DNA of 64,000 nucleotides from contig CABZMN010000004.1 of assembly GCA_902526825.1 (NCBI GenBank), forward strand, positions 5,803 to 69,802, given 5' to 3'. Both the position numbers and the translations under genes were made by a program. The notes beneath the pieces were generated by a model that worked only from the letters and a program-made list of their open reading frames with translations, made no database searches and was not told where the DNA came from. This document shows positions 30,298 through 39,263 of the stretch, piece by piece (within the stretch, counting starts at the first letter, position 1; each line of letters begins with the position of its first letter). The DNA is from an uncultured Candidatus Actinomarina sp. (GTDB lineage: Bacteria; Actinomycetota; Acidimicrobiia; Actinomarinales; Actinomarinaceae).

Positions 30298-31134
30298 ATG
30301 TCACAAATCTTATATGGTAAACCTGTTACTGAAAACCTTGACTTTAAAAGTAAAACGATTTTTGAAAATTACATAACTAAAAATGACAAACCTCCAATAT
30401 TGACAGCAATTACTGTCGGTGAAAATCCTGCATCACTTCTTTATGTATCCGTAAAAGAAAAAAAAGCTAAGCAACTAGGAGTAGATTTTAATTGGATAAA
30501 ATTAAAAGAGAGTACATCAGAAAGTGAATTAGAAGATACTATCTCTAATTATTCTGAATCATCTCAAGGAATGATTGTACAGCTTCCACTACCAGAACAC
30601 TTGAATGTTGAAAAGGTAATTGACTTGATACCAAGTGAAATAGATGTTGATGGACTTACTACTTTTAATTTGGGTAGACTTTATTCTGAAAATTTAAATA
30701 TTATTCCTGCTACGTCAATGGCAATTCTTGAATTGTTATCTCATTACGAGTTAGAAACTGAAGACAAAAACATTGTCATTGCTGGACGATCAAGGTTAGT
30801 AACATCTCCTCTTTCAAAAATTTTGAGTTCAAAAAAATTTAATGGAAACGTATCTGTTATTCATAGTAAAACTTCAAATCCTAAAGATTTTATATCCAAA
30901 GCAGATATCTTTATATCTGCTGTTGGTAAATCAAAAATGTTTGATAAATCTTATTTTAAAGAAGGCTCCTATGTCATTGATGTTGGAATTTCTGTTGTTG
31001 ATGGAAAATCATATGGAGATATTGATACCACTGATCTCGATAATTATTTACTTGGAAGAGCCCCGTACCCCGGTGGTATAGGTCCAATAACAGTATCAGC
31101 CTTATATTCAAATCTAGCTCAACTGATTAGCTAG
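30298..31134 (+). CDS. folD: Methylenetetrahydrofolate dehydrogenase/cyclohydrolase
   Basis: YVSVK, IVQLPLP, DVDG, GRS, VIDVGI, PGGIGP. Confidence 0.93.
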   Translation: MSQILYGKPVTENLDFKSKTIFENYITKNDKPPILTAITVGENPASLLYVSVKEKKAKQLGVDFNWIKLKESTSESELEDTISNYSESSQGMIVQLPLPEHLNVEKVIDLIPSEIDVDGLTTFNLGRLYSENLNIIPATSMAILELLSHYELETEDKNIVIAGRSRLVTSPLSKILSSKKFNGNVSVIHSKTSNPKDFISKADIFISAVGKSKMFDKSYFKEGSYVIDVGISVVDGKSYGDIDTTDLDNYLLGRAPYPGGIGPITVSALYSNLAQLIS

Positions 31135-32437
31135 CGGCCCACTCTTCTTCAGTAATTTGTGAATTAATATCAACATTTCTTAACAATAGATATCCAATTA
31201 CAAAAAATAGTGAAATACCTGGTAAAGAAAGTCTCGGATTACCTGTGGAAGCACTGACATAGCTATAAATTAAAGGACCCCAAATAGCTGAAAATCTTGA
31301 AATGACTGAAAAGAATCCCATAAATTCACCCTCTGCACCTTTTGGTAACATTGTTGCATAAACACTTCTACTTACTGACTGTAATCCTCCCATACCTGTT
31401 CCAACTATTACCCCTAAGAGTATCACTGGTAGAAGTTGCTGTTCTGGTACAAAATATGCCCCGTTTCCTGCCACAAAGAAAAGTGCAATGGTGAAAATAA
31501 GAGTATTTTTCTGTCCAATTCTACCTGCAAGATAACCTGCTAATCTTGCACCAATAAAAGCGATGAATTGAACAACTAGATATACAACTATTATTGAAGT
31601 CTGATCGAGCAACAAAACTTCACTAAAAAATGGACCTGCCATATTAATTACTGTCTGGGCCCCATCCCAATAGAATATGTATGCTAGTAAGAAATAAAGT
31701 AAAAATGGAAATTTTCTAACTTTCCTTAATGTATTTAAATTTGTTTTCCAACCAGCAGACAAATGATTTCTACCTACCGTATTTTCAGATTTTGTTTCAT
31801 CTATTTTCATTCTTGAAAAGCTAAATATTGAGAAAAGTAGCCACCATATTCCTGCAAAAGCTATTGCGATTCTTGATGCTAAAGAGGTATCAATTCCTAA
31901 TAATGAAGGTCCAAGTTGAATCACAATCAAGGAAAGTAAAAGTTGTAGCCCTCCTCCCAAATATCCAAGTGCATATCCTTTTGCAGATACTTGGTCGATA
32001 GTATCTTCAGTTGTTATATCTTTTAAAACACTGTCATAAAACACGTTGGATCCTGTTGCACCCAGTTGTGCTAGAAAATATATTAAAAGTGTTAGAACAA
32101 CATCACCTGATTGTGCAAAATAAAATGTGGATGCAAAAATAGCACCACCATATGCAAAAGATTTAAATAACCGCATTCTTGAACCAGAAAGGTCCGCCAT
32201 TGCACCAATTGTTGGCATAATTAAGAAGAAAATAAACAAGACTGATCCTATAGCAAATCCCCATACCTCGGCTCCAGTGTATAAATTACCTCTAAATAAA
32301 AATCCTTCTTCTGGTACTACGACACTCACAAAATAAACCGGCATAACAGCCCCAAGTGTTGTTGTTTCATATGCAGATTTTGCCCAATCATACATAGACC
32401 AACCAAAAATAGTTTTTTTATTATTTTTTTCGGTCAT
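31127..32437 (-). CDS. MFS transporter (UMF1/Atg22-like)
   Basis: WSMYDWAKSA, FYDSVL, SAKGYALGYLGG, EFMGFFS. Confidence 0.88.
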   Translation of the reverse strand: MTEKNNKKTIFGWSMYDWAKSAYETTTLGAVMPVYFVSVVVPEEGFLFRGNLYTGAEVWGFAIGSVLFIFFLIMPTIGAMADLSGSRMRLFKSFAYGGAIFASTFYFAQSGDVVLTLLIYFLAQLGATGSNVFYDSVLKDITTEDTIDQVSAKGYALGYLGGGLQLLLSLIVIQLGPSLLGIDTSLASRIAIAFAGIWWLLFSIFSFSRMKIDETKSENTVGRNHLSAGWKTNLNTLRKVRKFPFLLYFLLAYIFYWDGAQTVINMAGPFFSEVLLLDQTSIIVVYLVVQFIAFIGARLAGYLAGRIGQKNTLIFTIALFFVAGNGAYFVPEQQLLPVILLGVIVGTGMGGLQSVSRSVYATMLPKGAEGEFMGFFSVISRFSAIWGPLIYSYVSASTGNPRLSLPGISLFFVIGYLLLRNVDINSQITEEEWAAS

Positions 32438-32552
32438 ATTTCTTCCTTATTTAAAACTCTAATCTAATTATTTATTCCATGAGGTGTAGTTGTTAAAAAT
32501 AAATAAAAAATTAAATTATGCTTTCGATATGCTTTATCAAAGGACATAATAT

Positions 32553-33644
32553 ATGGGATTTAAATGTGGAATTGTTGGTTTACCAAATGTTGGAAAATCA
32601 ACTTTATTTAATGCTTTAACTGAAGCGGATATTGAATCAGAAAATTATCCCTTCTGTACAATTGAACCTAATGTTGGTGTAGTCCCTATTGCAGATAATC
32701 GTTTACACAAACTTTCAAATATTGTAAATCCAAAAAAAGTATTACCAACTGTAATGGAATTTGTTGATATTGCAGGATTAGTTAAAGGAGCATCTCAAGG
32801 AGAAGGGCTTGGTAATCAATTTTTAGCAAATATTAGAGAAAGTGAAGCAATTATCCATGTTGTTAGGGCATTTGAGAATGAAGATATTGTACATGTTGCA
32901 GGTAAGGTTTCGCCTATTGATGATATTGAAGTTATAAATACAGAATTAGTTTTAGCAGACTTAGGTACAGTTGAAAAACTTTACCAAAAAACATCCAAAA
33001 GTTCCAAGTCAGGAGAAAAAGAAGGCTTATTACTTAAAAATTTATTAGAAAAAATATTGCCAAATCTTGAAAATGGTCAAAACCTTAGATCATTAACTTT
33101 TTCTATTGAAGAACAAAAATTACTTAGAGGTTTTCAATTATTGACTACAAAGCCTGTCTTGTACGTTGCCAATGTAAGTGAAAATGGATTTAATGAAAAT
33201 AAGTATCTCGAACAGGTTATTAATTTTGCCAATAATGAAAATGCAAAAGTTGTGGCAATTTGTGCTGATATTGAGGAAGATATCTCGAAATTAGATATCT
33301 TAGAAAAAAAAGAATATTTACAAGAAATTGGTCAAACTGAAACAGGATTAGACAAACTGGTTAAGGCAGGGTATGAACTTCTAGGGTTAAGAACTTTCTT
33401 TACTGCTGGACCAAAAGAAGTTAAAGCATGGACGATAAATATTGGCGATAAAGCACCTCAAGCAGCAGGCAAGATACATGGCGATTTTGAAAAAGGATTT
33501 ATACGTGCAGAAACAATTAGTTTTGAAGATTATATCTCAAACAATGGTGAAAAAGGGGCAAAAGAAGCTGGAAAATTGAGATCTGAAGGTAAAGAGTATA
33601 TTGTTCAGGACGGAGATGTTATGCATTTCCTATTTAATAATTGA
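32553..33644 (+). CDS. ychF: Ribosome-binding ATPase YchF
   Basis: [30 protein letters not shown]-domain end YIVQDGDV. Confidence 0.97.
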   Translation: MGFKCGIVGLPNVGKSTLFNALTEADIESENYPFCTIEPNVGVVPIADNRLHKLSNIVNPKKVLPTVMEFVDIAGLVKGASQGEGLGNQFLANIRESEAIIHVVRAFENEDIVHVAGKVSPIDDIEVINTELVLADLGTVEKLYQKTSKSSKSGEKEGLLLKNLLEKILPNLENGQNLRSLTFSIEEQKLLRGFQLLTTKPVLYVANVSENGFNENKYLEQVINFANNENAKVVAICADIEEDISKLDILEKKEYLQEIGQTETGLDKLVKAGYELLGLRTFFTAGPKEVKAWTINIGDKAPQAAGKIHGDFEKGFIRAETISFEDYISNNGEKGAKEAGKLRSEGKEYIVQDGDVMHFLFNN

Positions 33645-33668
33645 TTAAGCTTTAAATTTAATCATAAA

Positions 33669-33691
33669 AAACCTTTGTAAGCACGGGGTTT
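33669..33691 (+). terminator. Possible terminator hairpin after ychF
   Basis: AAACCTTTG-TAAG-CACGGGGTTT imperfect stem followed by an AT-rich tract. Confidence 0.3.
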
Positions 33692-33754
33692 ATATATGAA
33701 TAAGTTTTTAAAAGTAGTCCTTTATGAAAATCAGATTTATAGCATAATAAGCAC

Positions 33755-35161
33755 GTGAAAGTAATTATCATAGGCGCTCATGGTGAGGCACGCCAACTTA
33801 TTAATAGAATTAGCACTGGCTGGAATGTCTCTGTTATTGATATGGATCAAGAAAAGCTTAGGAATTTTAATCCAAATAGGCAAATAGAAAAATACCAAGG
33901 AGACGGGACCTCAACCCTCGTTTTGAAAAAAGCAGGTATTGAAAATGCAAGTGCTATAGTCACACTTACAAATGATGATGAAGTAAATTTGGAAATTTTA
34001 AAGATTGCAAAACAAAATAATATTTACAGGTTGTCTTCAATAGTTAACGAAGATAAAAATTTTCAGCAATACAAAAATTTAGATGTTGAGGTTGTAGATC
34101 CCGACGTGTTAATAGGAAGAAGACTAGAACATATTCTTGAACCGAGAAGAGTAGTCTCCCAGGCATTTGCTGGAGGTAGAGCTGAGGCGATTGAACTTGA
34201 AATTAACTCAGATAGTCCTGCTAGAGGAAAAAAACTTAAAGATATAGGTTCAGATTTCTTTATTGTTGGAGCATTATTAAGAAAAGGAAATGTTGTTATC
34301 CCTCATGGTGATACAGAGCTTGAGACTGGTGATCTTGTAACAATAGTTTTACAATCAGGTGCGTTCTCAAATGTTATAAATTTATTTTCTGGTTCTGAAT
34401 CAAGATTTCCACTTGAGTTTGGCAAAAATGTTGCCGTATTCCTTAAGAATGAAGATGAGTTAAAAAATCTTTCTGAAGCAGAGTATTTCATTAGAAATAC
34501 AAAAGCAGATAAATTAGAAATTCTAACCTCAGGTGACATATTTCCAGATAAAAAGGAAGACCAAACAGAAACATATAAAGCGATTATGAAAGATCAAGAT
34601 TTTGAATTATATAATGTACAAAAATCTTTACTTAAAGAAATTGAGAGCAATAAAGATTCATTTTCTATAGGAACTATATTGATACCATTTGATGAAAAAG
34701 ATATAACAAAATCAAAATTAAAAACTTATATTAATTTTTCAAATAAGAACAGTATTCCTTTGTTGTTTTCAAGATCTTCTTTTCCATATAAAAAAATAGG
34801 AATACTTGTTAGTGATGATTTTAGTGATAATAGTCCAGTCAATATAGCATTTGATTTAGCCTCAACTTTATCTGCTGATGTTACAGCTTTAAACATATCT
34901 CAACCAAAGTTTCTTCAACCAGAACATACATCAACATCGAATAAAAACACTGAGAGAATTCAAGATTTAGCATTATCTAATGAAGTACAATGTGAGATAG
35001 TCAATGCTGAAGGAAACGAAGCAAAAGTATTTTCTTCTTTCACAGATAAAATTGATCTTTCAATCGTTAGTCAAACTAGTCAGTCCAATTGGCAAGGTAA
35101 AAAGATTGCAGAATTTATTCTTCAGAATGCGAAATCTTCAGTTTTATATATACCTAATTAA
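33755..35161 (+). CDS. TrkA-family RCK (N+C) protein fused to universal-stress-like domains
   Basis: Rossmann start VIIIGAHG, GDGT..LKKAGI, TNDDEVN, PHGDTELETGD (RCK_C); C-terminal USP-like end IAEFILQNAKSSVLYIP. Confidence 0.82.
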   Translation: MKVIIIGAHGEARQLINRISTGWNVSVIDMDQEKLRNFNPNRQIEKYQGDGTSTLVLKKAGIENASAIVTLTNDDEVNLEILKIAKQNNIYRLSSIVNEDKNFQQYKNLDVEVVDPDVLIGRRLEHILEPRRVVSQAFAGGRAEAIELEINSDSPARGKKLKDIGSDFFIVGALLRKGNVVIPHGDTELETGDLVTIVLQSGAFSNVINLFSGSESRFPLEFGKNVAVFLKNEDELKNLSEAEYFIRNTKADKLEILTSGDIFPDKKEDQTETYKAIMKDQDFELYNVQKSLLKEIESNKDSFSIGTILIPFDEKDITKSKLKTYINFSNKNSIPLLFSRSSFPYKKIGILVSDDFSDNSPVNIAFDLASTLSADVTALNISQPKFLQPEHTSTSNKNTERIQDLALSNEVQCEIVNAEGNEAKVFSSFTDKIDLSIVSQTSQSNWQGKKIAEFILQNAKSSVLYIPN

Positions 35162-36315
35162 TGGAAAACTTTGACGCTTTATCTCTTGTAATCATTTCTT
35201 TAGGTGCTTTTTTATTGCCACTTATTGCACAAAGAATAAGCATTCCAAGTATTGTTTTAGAAATTGCATATGGAATATTAGTTGGGCCAGTTCTAGGAAT
35301 AGTAAAGATTTCAGAATTTATATCTGGGTTGGCAATATTCGGATTCATGTTATTAATGTTCTTGTCTGGGTTTGAAATAGAATTAGACACATTTAGAGAA
35401 AAAGGTTTGAAAACTTTATCAATCCCTCTTGCTATCTATATTGCAACAGTTGCAACGTCCTTTTATCTAATAATTACTCTAGATTATCCAATATTTTTGG
35501 CACTTGTACTTTGTACTACAAGTGTAGATATTGTGATAACTGTATTGAGAAGCGATGATACGATTAAAACAAATTATGGTCAGTCACTTTTTATGTCTGC
35601 TTTGATAGCTGACATATTTACTTTGATTGGAGTAACAGTTTTTGCATCTTTACAACATTCTGAAGGCTTTTCTATATCTAACTTAAATGTAATTTTGTAT
35701 TTCTTAATTGTAATTTTAATTCTTAGAATTATTCGAAGAGTTGCTTGGTGGAATCCACAAATATTTTCGAGAATGTTTGATGGTAATGATCCAGAGGAAA
35801 TGGGTATCAGAAGTTCGATAGCTTTAATGTTGACTTTAGTTGGTGTTGCGGTCTTATTTGACATTGAATATATCTTAGGAGCTTTCCTTGCAGGAACTTT
35901 ATTTGCTTTTACTTTCCCAAATAGAGGAAGTTTAGAGAACAGCCTAAAAGGTTTTTCCTATGGTTTTCTCATTCCAATATTTTTTATAAATATAGGTTTA
36001 AATTACGATATTGAAGTTTTTAAAAATACAGAATTTTATATTCAGGTGTTGAGTCTTTTAGGAATTGCACTCATTGTAAAAATTGTACCTTCATTGTTTC
36101 TAATATTTACAAAAATAAAAATCAGACAATTAGTAGCAGGTGGCTTTTTATTAGCTGCAAGATTTAGCTTAATTATTGCTATGGCTGAGATTGGTGTAGA
36201 GCTGGACCTTATTTCAAAAGCCTTGGAGCAGCAGATTATATTACTTGCTGTACTTACTGCAACAATCTCACCAATTTTTTATAGAATTTTTTCTCCAAAA
36301 ACGACAGAGGCTTAA
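35161..36315 (+). CDS. Cation:proton antiporter (CPA2 family)
   Basis: IPSIVLEIAYGILVGP, LMFLSGFEI, ILGAFLAG, PIFFINIG. Confidence 0.9.
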   Translation: MENFDALSLVIISLGAFLLPLIAQRISIPSIVLEIAYGILVGPVLGIVKISEFISGLAIFGFMLLMFLSGFEIELDTFREKGLKTLSIPLAIYIATVATSFYLIITLDYPIFLALVLCTTSVDIVITVLRSDDTIKTNYGQSLFMSALIADIFTLIGVTVFASLQHSEGFSISNLNVILYFLIVILILRIIRRVAWWNPQIFSRMFDGNDPEEMGIRSSIALMLTLVGVAVLFDIEYILGAFLAGTLFAFTFPNRGSLENSLKGFSYGFLIPIFFINIGLNYDIEVFKNTEFYIQVLSLLGIALIVKIVPSLFLIFTKIKIRQLVAGGFLLAARFSLIIAMAEIGVELDLISKALEQQIILLAVLTATISPIFYRIFSPKTTEA

Positions 36316-36316
36316 A

Positions 36317-37228
36317 TTGAATCAAAGAATTGCTCTTTTCTTTAAAGGTGTTGCGATGGGTGCTGCAGATATTGTTCCAGGTGTATCCGGAGGTACTATT
36401 GCTCTTATTACAGGCATTTATGAAGAGCTAATTGAATCAATTAAAAATATTAATCTTTCATTATTTCAGACACTTTTTAAGAAGGGAGTTAAAGTTTTTT
36501 GGAAAAAACTTAATGGCAATTTTCTTTTAACGATTTATTTAGGAATAACAGCAGCCGTTTTTTTGTTAGCTAATTTAATTAGTTATTTACTTACCAATCA
36601 CGAGTATAAGATTTGGGGATTATTTTTTGGATTAGTACTCGCATCAGCCTTTATGATCCTTAATGAAGTTGAAAAACTAACAAATAAAAATATTGTTTAC
36701 CTAATTTTAGGGATAATTGTTGCAGGACTTATTTCATTTCTTTCTCCAGCTTCGACTCCAGAAACACCTATTTTTGTATTTTTATCAGGCTCTATTGCAA
36801 TCACCGCAACTATTCTCCCGGGAATAAGTGGTTCATTTATTTTGTTACTTCTTTCAAAATATGAATTTATTATTAATGCAATTAAAAGTTTTGATTTGCA
36901 AATTTTGTCAGTCTTTGCTCTTGGTTGCATCTTAGGATTAATTATTTTCAGCAGAGTTTTATCATTTATGTTTGCAAATTTTAAAAATGAAATATTATCT
37001 CTACTTTCCGGATTTCTTATTGGCTCTCTTATTAAGATATGGCCATTTAGAAATGTTCTTGAATCAAGAGTAAACAGTGAAGGTGAATTAGAGGCCGTTG
37101 TAACAAGACCCGAACTACCAAGCACTACCAATTTTGAAGAAATAATATTCTTTCTTGTTTTTACAATATTTGGATATGTAATAATCAATTTTTTACAAAA
37201 GAAATCTTTAGAAGATAATAAAGAATAG
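36317..37228 (+). CDS. DUF368 family membrane protein (putative undecaprenyl-phosphate translocase)
   Basis: KGVAMGAADIVPGVSGGTIA and ILPGISGS repeats; start set at TTG 36317. Confidence 0.88.
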   Translation: MNQRIALFFKGVAMGAADIVPGVSGGTIALITGIYEELIESIKNINLSLFQTLFKKGVKVFWKKLNGNFLLTIYLGITAAVFLLANLISYLLTNHEYKIWGLFFGLVLASAFMILNEVEKLTNKNIVYLILGIIVAGLISFLSPASTPETPIFVFLSGSIAITATILPGISGSFILLLLSKYEFIINAIKSFDLQILSVFALGCILGLIIFSRVLSFMFANFKNEILSLLSGFLIGSLIKIWPFRNVLESRVNSEGELEAVVTRPELPSTTNFEEIIFFLVFTIFGYVIINFLQKKSLEDNKE

Positions 37229-37247
37229 ATTAAGTTAAAATTAAATT

Positions 37248-37385
37248 ATGAGATTAGGACTACCTGAATTACTTATAATTTTATCGATTTTATTGTTACT
37301 TTTTGGAGCAAAACGACTCCCGGGTTTGGCAAAATCCTTAGGTAAATCAACTAGAGAGTTTAAAACTGGCCTAGAAGAAGAATAA
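37248..37385 (+). CDS. tatA: Sec-independent translocase TatA (45 aa, absent from ORF track)
   Basis: My translation: MRLGLPELLIILSILLLLFGAKRLPGLAKSLGKSTREFKTGLEEE*, with TM helix, FG hinge and amphipathic helix. Confidence 0.93.
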   Translation: MRLGLPELLIILSILLLLFGAKRLPGLAKSLGKSTREFKTGLEEE

Positions 37386-37387
37386 AC

Positions 37388-37675
37388 ATGAAAAAAGCAA
37401 CCGTATTGTTTCTTTTTTTATTTATTGCATGCGGATCTCAAGAAACTGTAGAGCTTACAACTGGAAAAGAGATTTACACAGCTAGATGCTCAGCTTGCCA
37501 CCAAGATGATTTTTCAGGTAGAGTTGGTCCTAGTTTAAAAACAGCATCAGTTCTTAATAAACCAGATACATATTGGCTTCAAACTATTTTGAAAGGAAAA
37601 GGTTCTATGCCTGCAGTCCGCATAACAGAAGAGCAGGCTCAAATCGTAATTGATTACATAAGAGAATCAAATTAA
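37388..37675 (+). CDS. Monoheme cytochrome c, probable lipoprotein
   Basis: Lipobox-like FIAC, heme motif CSACH, GPSL, distal Met in GSMP. Confidence 0.88.
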   Translation: MKKATVLFLFLFIACGSQETVELTTGKEIYTARCSACHQDDFSGRVGPSLKTASVLNKPDTYWLQTILKGKGSMPAVRITEEQAQIVIDYIRESN

Positions 37676-39210
37676 TTTCTACTGTTTGATTTATTGATAT
37701 ATTTAAGGTCAGATATTACTGGGTCTAAAATGTCCATATTTTCAATTCGCCATTTCCAGTTATTTACAGTAGTACCTGGTATATTAAATCGTGACTTGTA
37801 ATCAAGTTGTAATAAATCTTGAACAGTTGTGATAGCTAATTTACAAGGAGATTCCCATATCAATGAAATAAAATTCCAAATGTCACTTTCAAATTGATTA
37901 TTTAATTTATTTGAATATTCGTTAAAATTTTTAATTTGAGATTTACTTGCTTCATTAAGCCATTGTTTAATTGTAGGACTATCGTGAGTTCCAGTGTAAG
38001 CAGCTAAATTTTCTTCCCAATATTTTGGATGGATTTCTTCAAAATAATCATCAGATGCCTCTTCAAACAATTTATTTTGGTTCACTACATCAGTGTCACC
38101 TTGGAAAGGCAAACCTTCATTATCATCAGGAATTCTTTGTTGTAGAACTTTCATACCTGGAATATTGTATTTATTTAATAACGACTTGGTTTCTTTCAAA
38201 ATAACTCCCAAATCTTCAGCTAAAAGTTTATCCAGATCTACATTCTTTGAAATTTTGTCAAAAAATTCACTTTTTGGTCCCAATTTCCACTCACCTTTTA
38301 GGGCTGAATCTCCCTTTTTAATTACCCAATATTTAAAGAATCCTACAAAATGATCTATTCGAAGATAATTGTAAAGATCTAAAGTTTTGTTTAATTTATC
38401 TGTCCAATATTTATAATTATCTAACTTTTGTCTGTCCCATTGGTAGAGGCAATTATTCCAAACTTGCCCCTCCTTGTTAAAGCTATCTGGTACAGCACCT
38501 GATACATATGACATTTCACCACCATTATCAAGTTCAAAAATTTCTTTATTTAACCAAACATCAGCAGAGTTATGATTTACATAAATTGGAATATCTCCAA
38601 GTATTTGAATTTGTTTTTTATTCGCATACTCTCTTAATTTTCCCCACTGTCTAAAAAATTCAAATTGTGTAAATATATGAAATTTAAGTAGTTTTTTATC
38701 ATTTTTTGTAATGTTCTCATAAAGATTGTCACTATATTCTTGGTGATCTTTTTCCCAACTTGTCCAATTTTTTAAACCATATTTATCTCTCAAAACAAGG
38801 TAAGTTATATGGCTTCTGATTAATTCATCATTAAGTAATTCAAAGAATATAGGATCTTCAATATTTATATTTTGAGAAATTTCATAAAAAATTTTATCTT
38901 TGAATTTGTAAACATTTTTGAAATCAACTGATTTCTTATCAAATTCTTTAACTGATGATGTTGGTTGATAATCGCTGATATTATTTAGATCAATTAAATA
39001 TCTATTACCTAGCAATGATGAAGGGCTTGAATATGGTGAGTATTCGTCATTACTGGTGAGTCCTAGTGGAAGTAATTGCCAGATTTTTGTCTCCGTTTCT
39101 TCTAAAAAATCTACGAATTCAAATGCTGAGTAGCCAAAGTCACCTATTCCATATTTGGATGGTAAAGCTGTGGGGTGCAAAATTAATCCAGATGATTTTT
39201 TAATATCCAA
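37672..39210 (-). CDS. malQ: 4-alpha-glucanotransferase (GH77)
   Basis: GLILHPTALP, GIGDFG, GDIPIYV, RIDHF, AEDLG, YTGTHD, NWKWR. Confidence 0.94.
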   Translation of the reverse strand: MDIKKSSGLILHPTALPSKYGIGDFGYSAFEFVDFLEETETKIWQLLPLGLTSNDEYSPYSSPSSLLGNRYLIDLNNISDYQPTSSVKEFDKKSVDFKNVYKFKDKIFYEISQNINIEDPIFFELLNDELIRSHITYLVLRDKYGLKNWTSWEKDHQEYSDNLYENITKNDKKLLKFHIFTQFEFFRQWGKLREYANKKQIQILGDIPIYVNHNSADVWLNKEIFELDNGGEMSYVSGAVPDSFNKEGQVWNNCLYQWDRQKLDNYKYWTDKLNKTLDLYNYLRIDHFVGFFKYWVIKKGDSALKGEWKLGPKSEFFDKISKNVDLDKLLAEDLGVILKETKSLLNKYNIPGMKVLQQRIPDDNEGLPFQGDTDVVNQNKLFEEASDDYFEEIHPKYWEENLAAYTGTHDSPTIKQWLNEASKSQIKNFNEYSNKLNNQFESDIWNFISLIWESPCKLAITTVQDLLQLDYKSRFNIPGTTVNNWKWRIENMDILDPVISDLKYINKSNSRN

Positions 39211-39263
39211 TTCAAACCTTTCATCTAAAGTATATAGTAAAATATTTACTCATATTACTTATT

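Noticed and set aside
36245-36316. N-terminal extension of the DUF368 ORF
   Set aside because: It overlaps the antiporter 3' end; TTG at 36317 directly after the stop is the more plausible start.
38030-38130. Acidic insertion in MalQ between GMKVLQ and YTGTHD
   Set aside because: This is a variable loop region with the frame intact and no intein or mobile-element hallmarks.
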